Positions 1 to 9,641 of a stretch of DNA of 64,000 nt are shown here, piece after piece. This stretch comes from Candidatus Lustribacter sp. (GTDB taxonomy: Bacteria > Vulcanimicrobiota > Vulcanimicrobiia > Vulcanimicrobiales > Vulcanimicrobiaceae): positions 1,824,001 through 1,888,000 of the forward strand of contig OZ255842.1 in NCBI GenBank assembly GCA_965277805.1, in the 5' to 3' direction. The notes beneath the pieces are model-generated. The model ran no database searches. It saw only the letters and a list, made by a program, of their open reading frames with translations, and had not been told where the DNA came from. Each line of letters starts with the position of its first letter. Position 1 is the stretch's first letter. A program made the position numbers and the translations under genes.

Positions 1-1011
1 ACCGACGACGAAAATGTCGCCGAACACGACCGGCGTTCCGGTGACCGTAACTTCGAGCACGTAATCGGCGGCCTCCACTTGCGGTATCAGCGTCAGCAAG
101 CGCCAACGGTCGCCGCTATCGACCACGACCGGATACCGTTCCGGACGGCCTGGAAACGCGCTGGTAAGCCCGCCGTTTCCCAACGCCCACGCAAAAACCC
201 ACGAGCCCCGAAACGGAATGCGCAGCATCGCGCCGGGTTCGGCGGCGGCGGCAACGTCCTTCACGTACGCGTCGACGATCGGTGCTTCGCGTTCGTCGAA
301 CGGTCCCACCGACCAGCGCCCTTTGGCGATGAACTGCGACGCCGGCGCACTCCAGGCATGCGCGAACAGCGCGTCGCGTGCGGCGGGAGCGGGTAGCGGC
401 GCAGCGATCGAGGCCCCTAACAATTCGAGCAGCGCGCCGGCAAAAGGCCGGCCGAGTACATCGGCTGCGATCGGGGCGTGATGCACCCCGTCGACGGTCA
501 ACGCGACCCCGGACGCGACGGCGTCCTCGGCGCACTGCGTGAGATCGATCGACGGCAGGCCGTAGTAGGCTGCCACCTCCTCGTGCAAGCGCATTCCGGC
601 GGTCGGTCCGCCGGCGGTCGCGCCCTGCGGCGCGAAGTAGACGAAGGCGATGTCGCTCTCCGGACGCGCGCGCCGGATCTGCGCGACGATGCCTTCGAGT
701 GCGCGCGTGCAGTAGGCCAGAGCATCCGGCGTCGCCTCGTTATGCGCGAACTCGATCAGCACGAGATCGGGATCGTGCGGCAGCACGTCGTGTCCGACGC
801 GAAACGCGGCCCACAGCGCCATATAACCGCGCAGCCCCGCGTTGACGAGCCGCACGTTCCCGTTTCCGGCGGCCGCCGCGAGCGTCTCCGTCACCCGCGC
901 GAGATACCGACCGCCGTGAGTCAAACTCGTTCCGTACGCCACGATGGTCGCCGGTTGGCCCGACGCTACCCGTCGAGCAAAACGCGGGATGCCGCCGCGG
1001 ACCTGCACCAT
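1..1011 (-). CDS. SGNH/GDSL hydrolase family protein (runs off window start)
   Basis: Not in the ORF track; translated by hand from ATG at 1011 (overlaps the TGA of the upstream gene): MVQVRGGIPRF..IVAYGTSLT (block I)..VNAG (block II)..LIEFAHNE (block III)..DGVHH (DxxH, block V). Confidence 0.8.
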   Translation of the reverse strand, partial: MVQVRGGIPRFARRVASGQPATIVAYGTSLTHGGRYLARVTETLAAAAGNGNVRLVNAGLRGYMALWAAFRVGHDVLPHDPDLVLIEFAHNEATPDALAYCTRALEGIVAQIRRARPESDIAFVYFAPQGATAGGPTAGMRLHEEVAAYYGLPSIDLTQCAEDAVASGVALTVDGVHHAPIAADVLGRPFAGALLELLGASIAAPLPAPAARDALFAHAWSAPASQFIAKGRWSVGPFDEREAPIVDAYVKDVAAAAEPGAMLRIPFRGSWVFAWALGNGGLTSAFPGRPERYPVVVDSGDRWRLLTLIPQVEAADYVLEVTVTGTPVVFGDIFVVG

Positions 1012-1682
1012 CACGCGCGCGGATCGTCGCGCTCGTCGCGAAAGTAGTCGTGGTAGAGCCAGCGTTTGCGCGGTCTGACGGTCAGCAGCGGCGTGCGCCC
1101 GGCGACGACCGAATTCGGCGGAATCGTTTCGGCGATGATCACGCTGTTCGGTGAAACCACCGATCGCTCACCGATCACCGCGGCGCCGGTAACCACGGCC
1201 CCGGCAAACAAGATCGTCCCCGCACCGAACGTTGCTCGCGCCCCGCGGTCGGTCCCCACCGTGACGTTTTGATACGCGACGAAACGCTCGCCGTACTCGG
1301 CCTTGCCGAGCATCATCCCGACGCAGTGGATCCAGAGAAAGACTTCGGGCAAGGCCGTGTCCCACATGCAGACGACGGCGTTGAGCGCCTTGTTGAGCGC
1401 AAAAAAATCCGCCGCTGCTTCGAGCTCGCCGGCGCGCCACGCCTCGCTGCTGCACAGCCAAAGGAACATCGCGTACTGATCGGTCTGCGCGGGATCGAAG
1501 CGCGTTTGATCGTCCGGCGTCCGGTAGCCCGGCAGCGCGCTGCACGAAAACGACCGCTCGACCCGCGGCAGCGCCGCGTCGACGATCGGCTGCAACGAGC
1601 GGCGCTTCGGCCGGGGCGATACGGCATCGAGCTGACGCTCGAGACGCCATCCCAACTGTTCGACCCCGCCCACGACGACCAC
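1011..1682 (-). CDS. Serine-acetyltransferase-like left-handed beta-helix acyltransferase
   Basis: C-terminal hexapeptide repeats (QNVTVG, AGAVVTG, IGERSVVSPNS) and H-C-V-G; paralog of 5335-6021; start uncertain. Confidence 0.75.
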   Translation of the reverse strand: MVVVGGVEQLGWRLERQLDAVSPRPKRRSLQPIVDAALPRVERSFSCSALPGYRTPDDQTRFDPAQTDQYAMFLWLCSSEAWRAGELEAAADFFALNKALNAVVCMWDTALPEVFLWIHCVGMMLGKAEYGERFVAYQNVTVGTDRGARATFGAGTILFAGAVVTGAAVIGERSVVSPNSVIIAETIPPNSVVAGRTPLLTVRPRKRWLYHDYFRDERDDPRA

Positions 1683-1725
1683 GAGGACGCCTTCGGTGGT
1701 GCATTGAGGGCTTCCGCCGCAGCCT

Positions 1726-1752
1726 CAAGAAGCGCGGCGTCCGGGCCGAACT
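1726..1752 (+). promoter_or_regulatory. Putative sigma28-type promoter for the DegT operon (probably leaderless)
   Basis: CAAG-N15-GCCGAACT, then 8 nt to ATG at 1761; no obvious SD. Confidence 0.5.
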
Positions 1753-1760
1753 AGAGACAG

Positions 1761-2930
1761 ATGAAAGACCTCGCGGAGCGGCCGGCGCAGAGCACCCCGG
1801 TGGCCGGTAAAAAGATCCCCGTGTTCGTTCCCTATATCGGGGTCGATACGCTCAAACACCTGACCGACGCCTTAGATGTCGGCTGGCTCGGAATGGGCGC
1901 GACGGTCAAGGAGTTCGAGGAACGGATCAGCGCGTATTTCGGCGACGGGCGTACCGCGGTCTGCACGAACACCGGAACGGCCGCACTGCACATCGCGCTG
2001 CTCGCCGCGGGGGTGGGGCCCGGCGACGAGGTGATCACCCCGTCGTTCAATTACGTTGCCGACCATCAGGCGATCCGTGCCACCGGTGCCTCCGTCGTCA
2101 TGTGCGACATCAACGACGACGATCTCGGCATCGACATCGCCTCGTGCGAGTCGCTGATCACGTCGAAGACGAAGGCCATCATCCCGTTGCACTTCGCCGG
2201 AATCCCGTGCCGTTCGGCCGAGGTGTACGCGCTCGCGAAGCGGCACGGGCTGCGCGTGATCGAAGACGGCTGCCACGCGTTCGGGTCGACGATCGGCGGC
2301 GCGAAGATCGGCAGCTACGGCGACATGCAGTGCTTCAGCTTCGATCCCGTCAAGATCATCACGAGCATCGACGGCGGGTGCGTCGTTACCTCGGATCCGG
2401 ACGAAGTCGCCCGCCTCCACCATTTCCGCCTGCTCGGCGTCGACAAAGACACCACGCTGCGCTATCAAAACAAGCGCGCCTGGGACTACGACGTCGTGAG
2501 CGAGGGCTACCGCTACCACCTCAACAACATCATGGCCAGCATCGGCGTCTCGCAGATCAAGCGCGCCGACGAGTTCATCGCCAGCCGTCAAGCGGTCTGC
2601 ACGCGGTACTCGGCCGCATTCGACGGGCTGCGCGACGTGCGCGTGCTGCGCCGCTCGTATGCCGACGTGTCGCCGTTCATCTACAGCATCCGGATCCTCA
2701 ACGGGCGGCGCGAAGCGCTGATCGAACATCTCGCGCAGCACGACATCGAGGTCGGCATCCACTTCGTGCCGGTGCACAAACACACGTACTTCGCCCAGTG
2801 CCGCCAGTCGCCGATGCCGGTGACCGAGCGCGTGGTGGACGAGGTTCTGACGCTGCCGCTGCACACGTTCCAGACCGAAGCCGCGATCGAGCGCGTCATC
2901 GCCGGCGTGCGCTCCTTCTTCGAACGCTGA
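1761..2930 (+). CDS. DegT/DnrJ/EryC1/StrS family NDP-sugar aminotransferase
   Basis: GTAALHIAL, GPGDEVITP, IEDGCHA, FSFDPVKII (PLP lysine). Confidence 0.95.
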   Translation: MKDLAERPAQSTPVAGKKIPVFVPYIGVDTLKHLTDALDVGWLGMGATVKEFEERISAYFGDGRTAVCTNTGTAALHIALLAAGVGPGDEVITPSFNYVADHQAIRATGASVVMCDINDDDLGIDIASCESLITSKTKAIIPLHFAGIPCRSAEVYALAKRHGLRVIEDGCHAFGSTIGGAKIGSYGDMQCFSFDPVKIITSIDGGCVVTSDPDEVARLHHFRLLGVDKDTTLRYQNKRAWDYDVVSEGYRYHLNNIMASIGVSQIKRADEFIASRQAVCTRYSAAFDGLRDVRVLRRSYADVSPFIYSIRILNGRREALIEHLAQHDIEVGIHFVPVHKHTYFAQCRQSPMPVTERVVDEVLTLPLHTFQTEAAIERVIAGVRSFFER

Positions 2931-2936
2931 GCGGGC

Positions 2937-3581
2937 GTGAAGCCGATCGTGCTCTGGGGAGCCACGGGTCAAGCCCGCGTACTGGCCGAGTTTTTGGGCG
3001 CGCTCGGCTACGACGTCGCGGCACTGGTCGATGCCGATCCGAACGTCACGCCGTTTCTCGCCGGCGTGCCGCTACTGCGTGATGAGGCCGAGTTGCGGTC
3101 GTGGCGCGCGGATCGCTCTGGGATCATAGCCGCGCTCGTTGCCGTCGGCGGCACGCGCGGCGGCGAGCGCGTGGCACTGCAACGCTCGCTCGCGGCGGCC
3201 GGGTACGAGATTCCGAGCGTCGTGCATCCGCGGGCCTTCGTCGCCGGCGACGCAGCGATCGGCATGGGCACGCAAATCCTTGCGCTGGCGGCGGTGTGCG
3301 CGGGCGCGCAACTTGGGGAAGGCTGCATCGTGAATACGTCGGCTAGCGTCGATCATGAGTGCCGCCTCGGCAACGGCGTCCACATCGCGCCCGGCGCGCA
3401 TCTGGCCGGAAACGTCACCGTCGGTGAGGGGGCCTTTATCGGAACGGGTGCCGCTGTAATACCGCACGTGACGATCGGTGCCGGAGCCGTTGTCGGGGCC
3501 GGCGCGGTGGTCGTGGCCGACGTGCCGGCCGGCGCCGTCGTCTACGGAAATCCGGCGCGCGACCGGACCAGCGGCCGATGA
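2937..3581 (+). CDS. NeuD/PglD-family sugar acetyltransferase
   Basis: N-terminal GATGQA Rossmann-like domain, VNTSASVDHEC, hexapeptide repeats, VYGNPAR. Confidence 0.92.
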   Translation: MKPIVLWGATGQARVLAEFLGALGYDVAALVDADPNVTPFLAGVPLLRDEAELRSWRADRSGIIAALVAVGGTRGGERVALQRSLAAAGYEIPSVVHPRAFVAGDAAIGMGTQILALAAVCAGAQLGEGCIVNTSASVDHECRLGNGVHIAPGAHLAGNVTVGEGAFIGTGAAVIPHVTIGAGAVVGAGAVVVADVPAGAVVYGNPARDRTSGR

Positions 3582-4807
3582 CGTCCGCAACGTGCCGCTC
3601 GTGCGGTTATCCGCTCGCGGTAACGTTCGTCGACCTCGGGCTCTCGCCGCCGGCGAACGGCCTCACCGAGCCGGACGAACTCGGTGCCGGCGAAACGCTC
3701 TATCCACTGCACGCCTACGTGTGCGAAGCCTGCCTGCTCGTGCAACTCGAACTCTTCGAAACGCCCGAGCAGATCTTCCGCGATTACTCCTACTTCTCTT
3801 CGTACTCGACCAGCTGGCTCGAACACGCGGAGCGGTACGTTGCGACGATGCTCGCCGAGCGCGGCATTCGCCCGGGCCACCGCGTCGTCGAACTCGCCAG
3901 CAACGACGGCTATCTCCTTCAGTACTTCATCCGCGCGGGCGTAGAAGTGCTCGGCATCGACCCCGCATCGAATGTGGCCGCTATCGCGCGCGAGCGCGGA
4001 GTGCCGACGATCGACGAGTTCTTCGGCGTTGCCCTGGCGCAGCGCGTTCGCAACGAGGTGGGTTCGGCCGATTTGATGGTCGCCAACAACGTGCTCGCCC
4101 ACGTGCCCGACATCAACGATTTCGTCGGCGGAATCGCGACGCTGCTGGCGCCGGACGGTTTCATCACCATCGAGTTTCCGCACCTGATGCGCCTGATCGA
4201 GGGCGTGCAGTTCGATACGATCTATCACGAGCATTTCTCGTATCTGTCCGTGCTCGCGCTGGCGCCGCTGTTCGCCCGGCACGGCCTCGAGATCTTCGAT
4301 GTGACCGAACTGCCGACGCACGGCGGATCGCTGCGCATCTTCGTCGCGCGCGCCGGCACGCATCCGGTGATGCCCGCGGTGACGGCCGTTCGTGACGCGG
4401 AGCTCGCGCTCGGGCTCGATCGCGTCGATGCCTATCCGGCCTTCGGCGAGCGCGTGATGCGCGTGAAACGCGACTTCCTCGAATTCCTAATCGAAGCTCG
4501 CCGCGCCGGCAAATCGGTCGCCGGTTACGGTGCCGCGGCGAAGGCGACGACGTTGCTCAACTACGCGGGCGTGCGCACCGACCTCATCGCGTTCGTTGCG
4601 GACAAGAGCCCGCACAAGCAGGGCCGCTACATCCCGGGCGTGCGCGTGCCGATTCTCGATCCCGGCCACATCCGCTCAGCCGAACCGGATTACGTCGTCA
4701 TCTTTCCATGGAACATCGCGGCCGAGATCCGCGCCGAGCTCGCCGACATTCGCGCCTGGGGCGGCCGCTTCGTGACCGCCATCCCCGAACTTACGGTCGA
4801 TCCATAA
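3578..4807 (+). CDS. NDP-hexose C-methyltransferase (class I SAM, N-terminal Zn site)
   Basis: CRSC..CEAC zinc site, ELASNDG, YHEHFSY, THGGS, GYGAAAK, FPWN. Confidence 0.92.
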   Translation: MTSATCRSCGYPLAVTFVDLGLSPPANGLTEPDELGAGETLYPLHAYVCEACLLVQLELFETPEQIFRDYSYFSSYSTSWLEHAERYVATMLAERGIRPGHRVVELASNDGYLLQYFIRAGVEVLGIDPASNVAAIARERGVPTIDEFFGVALAQRVRNEVGSADLMVANNVLAHVPDINDFVGGIATLLAPDGFITIEFPHLMRLIEGVQFDTIYHEHFSYLSVLALAPLFARHGLEIFDVTELPTHGGSLRIFVARAGTHPVMPAVTAVRDAELALGLDRVDAYPAFGERVMRVKRDFLEFLIEARRAGKSVAGYGAAAKATTLLNYAGVRTDLIAFVADKSPHKQGRYIPGVRVPILDPGHIRSAEPDYVVIFPWNIAAEIRAELADIRAWGGRFVTAIPELTVDP

Positions 4808-5327
4808 CCAGCGGCGGCAACGCCCGGTCGCGCGCCGAGATGATGGTTAGCGGCAGCGGCCAAGCGATGCCGAGCGACGGGCTGTCGAACGCGATACCGC
4901 GCGCTGCATCCGGCGCGTAGCGCGCCGAGATCAGGTAGTGCAGTTCGGTATCGTCTACGAGGGTCTGATAGCCGTGCGCAACACCCGCAGGCGCGTAGAG
5001 TAACTGCGGTTTATCCTCGCGTAACTCAAACGCTTGCCAACGGCCGAAATCCGGGCCAGGCCGCAGATCGACCAGCACGTCGTACACCGCGCCGCGCGTG
5101 CAGCGGACCACGCGCACTTCCGCGTGCGGCGGGTCCTGATAGTGCAGCCCGCGCACGGTGCCGCGCCGCGCGTTGCGCGCTTCGCCGTGGTGCGGAAATG
5201 TAGTGCATAGGCCCGCTGCGGCGAACGCATCCTCGTCGAACACGCGCACGAACCAGCCGCGTTCGTCCGGGACGCGATCGAGATCGATCAGCCACGCGCC
5301 GTCGAGGCCGGCCGGCGTCAGGCGCAC
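4791..5327 (-). CDS. dTDP-4-dehydrorhamnose 3,5-epimerase family (RmlC-like cupin)
   Basis: DERGWF, GTVRGLHYQ, GVAHGYQTL; GTG at 5327 preferred over the ORF-track start. Confidence 0.9.
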   Translation of the reverse strand: MRLTPAGLDGAWLIDLDRVPDERGWFVRVFDEDAFAAAGLCTTFPHHGEARNARRGTVRGLHYQDPPHAEVRVVRCTRGAVYDVLVDLRPGPDFGRWQAFELREDKPQLLYAPAGVAHGYQTLVDDTELHYLISARYAPDAARGIAFDSPSLGIAWPLPLTIISARDRALPPLVMDRP

Positions 5328-5334
5328 GCGGTTC

Positions 5335-6021
5335 TCACAGCCGGAAAAATTCCTCGGCCAGCTTGCGCTTGCGCGGGCGAATCGTGAGATCTGGCGACGT
5401 TCCGGCAACGACGCTCTCGCGCGGTACGTCCGCATTGAGCACGGCGGCATTCGCCGCGATCACGCAGCGGTCGCCGATCGTCGTTGCCCCGGCGATCAGC
5501 GCGCCGCCGTACACGATCACGCCCTCGCCGACGACGGGCGCGGCCTCGCGGTCCTTGCCGAACGTCACGTTCTGCGTCAAGAGAAGATAGTTGCCGTACG
5601 TGCCGCGCCCGACGACGGTGCCCAGGACGTGATTGAGAAACATCACCGGCGGCAGCACCGTGTCGTACATGCAGAAGAAACCGTTGAGCGCTTTGTTCAG
5701 TGAGAACAGCTTCTTCGCCAGCCCCAGATCACCGGCAACGAACGCGCTGTGCGAGGCGTAGTAAAGGAAGGTCGTATACTGATCGCCGTGCAGGTGGTCG
5801 AATAACGTGGTCGCTTCATCGCCGAACGCCGGGTGCCGAATATGCGCGAAGCAAAAGCGGGCGCGTTCGGCCGCCTCGCGCGTTATCGCATCGAGCCGCA
5901 ACGGCTCGCCGTCGGGAAAAAACGCGGTCAGTTGACGGCCGACGTACTGCGCCAGCGCTTCATCGTCGAGCGTTCGCTGGAAAGCCGGCTTACCGCGCGC
6001 CGGCAAGCAATTCCGTTCCAT
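5335..6021 (-). CDS. Serine-acetyltransferase-like LbH acyltransferase (second paralog)
   Basis: DQY..FL, LNKALN, YDTVLP, H-V-L-G, QNVTFG, IGDRCVIAANA; start uncertain. Confidence 0.75.
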   Translation of the reverse strand: MERNCLPARGKPAFQRTLDDEALAQYVGRQLTAFFPDGEPLRLDAITREAAERARFCFAHIRHPAFGDEATTLFDHLHGDQYTTFLYYASHSAFVAGDLGLAKKLFSLNKALNGFFCMYDTVLPPVMFLNHVLGTVVGRGTYGNYLLLTQNVTFGKDREAAPVVGEGVIVYGGALIAGATTIGDRCVIAANAAVLNADVPRESVVAGTSPDLTIRPRKRKLAEEFFRL

Positions 6022-7699
6022 AGGCGGCGATGAGGAGCCGCTCGAAGCCTTCGGGGCTCGCGACCGACGCGGCTCCTTGGGCAATCAGCAATTCAAGGTT
6101 GTGCAAGTAGGCATCACGCTCGGCGATGATCGATGCGTCCGTTGTCGGATAGGCGGGATAGATGATCCGCGCCAATCCCGGCACGTTCTTGATCTGCTCG
6201 AACGCCGCATTCGGCTCGATCGCGGCGACCGCGGGTGCGGAATCGAAGGCGACCGACGGACCGTTGCTGCTCGCGCGCAGATAGAATTCCCACTCGGGAA
6301 AGGCCGGCATGCGCGCGTCGAAAAGCCCGGCAATGTCGACCGCCTGCCGGGTGAACGCGAGGGACTCGATCGGCCCGAAAGGAGCGATGTGCGCCCCACG
6401 CCGGTCGGTCGGCGGCAGGTAGATATTTCGCCCGCCGATCGTGGCGGTCGTACGAGCGACGACCGCTTTCGTATGGCTCAGAGCGGCCTCGAGATGGGCG
6501 AGATGCGCCGGCGGCAACGTGCTGCCGGGGCGCATCACGAGGTATGCGTTGCCGGGCGTGACGCGCAGCGCGTTGTTTACGAGCAACGCGTCGACAAGAG
6601 CGCCGGTAAGACGCAGCGTGCCGATGCGGCCGGCGGGATCGATGTCGGCGGCGATCGCACCGAACGGATGCGTCGCATATTCGAGCACGAGCGCAGTCCA
6701 GCCGGAGAACGTTTGCGCGGTGAGCGAACGCAGCGTCCGTTCGAGATCGCCGACGCGGCCCCCCGGAAGCACGATCACCGTCGGCCGCACGGGTTCCACC
6801 GTTTCGAGGTTGCGCGTGCGCACACTCGACAGAAGACCATCGGCCTCGAGCAGTTTCGCCCGGATAGCGCCGTCTTCGTCTTTCACTCCGTGGTCCTGGG
6901 CTAGGCGGTACCGCGCCCACATGTGTCGCGAAATCGTGGTTTCGAAACCGTTCAGGCCGGCCCCGAATTCGGGGGCGAACTTTTGTACGAGATATAGGAA
7001 CTCGAGAATGTCACCGCCGTCGGAAATGTAGTTCTGCGGACTCGACTGCTGCGCGGTATGCAAACGCACCGCGGCGGTCGGTTCCGGCTCGTACGCGAAG
7101 CGCACGCCGTTGGCCGCCCAGCGAACGACGATCTCGAAATCGGCCGCTTTGATCGCCTCGTCGAGTTCGCCGAACCGCTCGTAGAGATCGCGCCGCATCA
7201 ACATCGTGGGGAAGCACATGTAGCATCCCTCGGCGAGCATCCACGCAAACTCGTTGCGTTCGAACCCGTAGGCGGCATGCGGCTGGCCGGACATATGGCG
7301 CACCCCGATGTACGCACCGCTCTCGTTGACGAAATACGTCGTCGTGTAGAGCACGTCGACGTCGGGATGATCCATCAAATAGCGATACGAGTACGAGATG
7401 CTGTGCGGCATCAAGAAATCGTCGGCCGAGAGAAACAAGAAATACGCACCCCGCGCTTCACGCAGCCCCTTGTTGTGGTTGGGCACCATACCGATGTTCT
7501 CGGCGTTGCGAACGTACCGGAAACGCGGATCCGACGCGTACTTTTCGACCAGTTCGGGCGTGCGGTCGGTCGATGCGTTATCGACGACCAGGACCTCGAG
7601 GTTCGGATAGTCCTGGCGCAAGGCGCTTTCGATCGCGGTTCCGACCGTGTGAGCGTAATTATACGTGGTGATGATGATCGTCACCAGAGGCTGGTCCAT
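5990..7699 (-). CDS. Glycosyltransferase family 2 with a second, degenerate GT-A domain
   Basis: IITTYN, VVDNASTD, FLSADD, AADFE; the C-terminal half echoes GT-A (TLRSLTAQT, GLFDARM). Confidence 0.9.
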   Translation of the reverse strand: MDQPLVTIIITTYNYAHTVGTAIESALRQDYPNLEVLVVDNASTDRTPELVEKYASDPRFRYVRNAENIGMVPNHNKGLREARGAYFLFLSADDFLMPHSISYSYRYLMDHPDVDVLYTTTYFVNESGAYIGVRHMSGQPHAAYGFERNEFAWMLAEGCYMCFPTMLMRRDLYERFGELDEAIKAADFEIVVRWAANGVRFAYEPEPTAAVRLHTAQQSSPQNYISDGGDILEFLYLVQKFAPEFGAGLNGFETTISRHMWARYRLAQDHGVKDEDGAIRAKLLEADGLLSSVRTRNLETVEPVRPTVIVLPGGRVGDLERTLRSLTAQTFSGWTALVLEYATHPFGAIAADIDPAGRIGTLRLTGALVDALLVNNALRVTPGNAYLVMRPGSTLPPAHLAHLEAALSHTKAVVARTTATIGGRNIYLPPTDRRGAHIAPFGPIESLAFTRQAVDIAGLFDARMPAFPEWEFYLRASSNGPSVAFDSAPAVAAIEPNAAFEQIKNVPGLARIIYPAYPTTDASIIAERDAYLHNLELLIAQGAASVASPEGFERLLIAAYGTELLAGAR

Positions 7700-7702
7700 T
7701 CA

Positions 7703-7730
7703 TAAAAGTATCGGCCGGAAATGCCGAACG
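7703..7730 (+). promoter_or_regulatory. Putative sigma28-type promoter overlapping a divergent -10 element
   Basis: TAAA-N16-GCCGAACG, 7 nt before ATG 7738; on the minus strand GCCGATAC lies 8 nt before ATG 7699. Confidence 0.55.
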
Positions 7731-7737
7731 AATAGCC

Positions 7738-8778
7738 ATGGGGCTAAACGTCTTCGTGACCGGCAATTTGGGCTACGTGGGGTCGGTGCTGACCGCCGAT
7801 CTGCGTCGCCGCGGCCACCGCGTCACGGGGTATGACGCCGGCTACTTTGCTCCGTGCCTGATCGACGACGCGACGGCACCCGACGAACAGCGCTTCGGGG
7901 ATACCCGCTCCTTCGCCGAGGATCTGCGCCGTTTCGACGCGGTCGTCCACCTAGCGGCGCTGTCGAACGATCCCCTGGGCGAGCTGAACCCGGGCCTGAC
8001 CGGCGACATCAACGTCGGCGGCCTGACCGCTGTTGCTAAGGCAGCCAAGGCAGCCGGTATTCGGCGCTTCGTTTTCGCGTCGTCGTGCAGCCTCTACGGG
8101 AAATCCGACGGGGACACGCCGCTCGACGAGACCTGCGCGCAGAACCCGCTGACGGCCTACGCCCGCTCGAAGGTCGACGGCGAACGCGCGCTGGCCGAGC
8201 TCAGCGGCGACGCATTCAGGCCGATCTCGCTGCGCTTCTCAACGGCCTACGGCTGGTCGCCGCGCCTGCGGCTCGATCTCGTGGTGAACAATCTCGTGGC
8301 GAGCGGCCTCGCGAACGGCGTCATCGCGCTCGAGTCCGACGGCACGCCGTGGCGGCCGCTCGTGCACGTGCACGACATGGCGCTGGCGATGGCACTGGCG
8401 CTCGAGAGCGACGTCGCGAAGACCGGCGGAACGGCCTACAACGTGGGCGCCGAAGCGGAGAACTACCAGATTCGCACGGTCGCTGCGGCCGTGGCGAAAG
8501 CGCTCGGCGATGCTCCGATCACGATACCGCCGCCATCTGCCGGCGGCGACCAGCGATCGTACAACGTCGGTTTCGCGAAGGTGCGAGCGGCCTTCCCGGC
8601 CTTCCGGACGGAGTGGACGCTCGAGCGCGGCATCGCCGAACTCGTCGAACGCATGCGCGGCAAAATGGACGCCGACATCTTCGCCGGCCCGCGCTATTTC
8701 CGCATCCGCCGGATCCACGCACTTACGGCCGCCGGCGCGATCGACGCCAACCTGCGCGTGCTCGCAGCGCAGTCTTAA
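7738..8778 (+). CDS. NAD-dependent epimerase/dehydratase (extended SDR)
   Basis: VTGNLGYVG, HLAALSNDP, ASSCSLYG, YARSK (YxxxK). Confidence 0.92.
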   Translation: MGLNVFVTGNLGYVGSVLTADLRRRGHRVTGYDAGYFAPCLIDDATAPDEQRFGDTRSFAEDLRRFDAVVHLAALSNDPLGELNPGLTGDINVGGLTAVAKAAKAAGIRRFVFASSCSLYGKSDGDTPLDETCAQNPLTAYARSKVDGERALAELSGDAFRPISLRFSTAYGWSPRLRLDLVVNNLVASGLANGVIALESDGTPWRPLVHVHDMALAMALALESDVAKTGGTAYNVGAEAENYQIRTVAAAVAKALGDAPITIPPPSAGGDQRSYNVGFAKVRAAFPAFRTEWTLERGIAELVERMRGKMDADIFAGPRYFRIRRIHALTAAGAIDANLRVLAAQS

Positions 8779-8782
8779 GCCT

Positions 8783-9556
8783 CTACCAGACGCGCCAGGG
8801 AGCGCGCCCGCTCTCCCACAGCTGCTCGAGCCGCGTCTTATCCCGCAAGGTATCGAGCGGTTGCCAGAAGCCCTCGTGCCGGAATGCCGAGAGCTGTCCC
8901 TCGGCCGCCAGCCGCTCGAGCGGTTCGCTCTCGAAGATCGTCGCGTCGCCGTTGAGATACTTGAATACCGCCGGCTCGAGGACGAAAAAACCGCCGTTGA
9001 TCGCGCCGCCGTCGCCGGGAGGCTTCTCCGTGAATCGCGTCACCAGGTTCGCGCGATCGACCTCGATGCTGCCGTAACGCCCCGGGGGCACGACGGCCGC
9101 AATGGTCGCGATCTTGCCGTGCGCGCGGTGATACGCCACTTCGGCCGTGATGTCGATGTCCGACACGCCGTCGCCGTAGGTGAAGCAAAACGTGCCGCTA
9201 TCCGCGACGTAGGGCATGACGCGCTGAAGGCGGCCGCCCGTCATGGTGCCCTCGCCCGTGTCGACGAGCGTGACCGTCCAGTCTTCGGTGTCGCTGCGAT
9301 GGATCGTGAACTTCTCCTCGCGCAAGTGGAACGTGACGTCGGCCGTATGCAGGCGGTAGTTCGCGAAAAACTCCTTGATCATGTAGCCGCGATAGCCCAG
9401 GCACACCACGAATTCGTTGATGCCGTGCGCCGCGTAAATCTTCATGATGTGCCAGAGAATCGGCCGGCCGCCGATCTCGATCAAGGGCTTCGGACGCAGG
9501 GCCGATTCCTCGGAAATACGCGTGCCGTAGCCGCCGGCCAGCAGAACCGCTTTCAT
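8783..9556 (-). CDS. rfbF: Glucose-1-phosphate cytidylyltransferase
   Basis: LAGGYGTRISEE, PKPLIEIG, TMTGGRL, TYGDGVSD, INGGFF, GFWQPLDTLRDK. Confidence 0.95.
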   Translation of the reverse strand: MKAVLLAGGYGTRISEESALRPKPLIEIGGRPILWHIMKIYAAHGINEFVVCLGYRGYMIKEFFANYRLHTADVTFHLREEKFTIHRSDTEDWTVTLVDTGEGTMTGGRLQRVMPYVADSGTFCFTYGDGVSDIDITAEVAYHRAHGKIATIAAVVPPGRYGSIEVDRANLVTRFTEKPPGDGGAINGGFFVLEPAVFKYLNGDATIFESEPLERLAAEGQLSAFRHEGFWQPLDTLRDKTRLEQLWESGRAPWRVW

Positions 9557-9641
9557 GGCGCGTCACATTATCCAAACCCTGACGAATAGCATCGTACGGG
9601 CAGAGGCGCGGCCGAGCGGGGGCGTCGAACCCTTCCCTCTC

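Noticed and set aside
79-1047. Several ORF-track entries at the window start
   Set aside because: The region is explained by the minus-strand SGNH gene that the track missed because its stop lies outside the window
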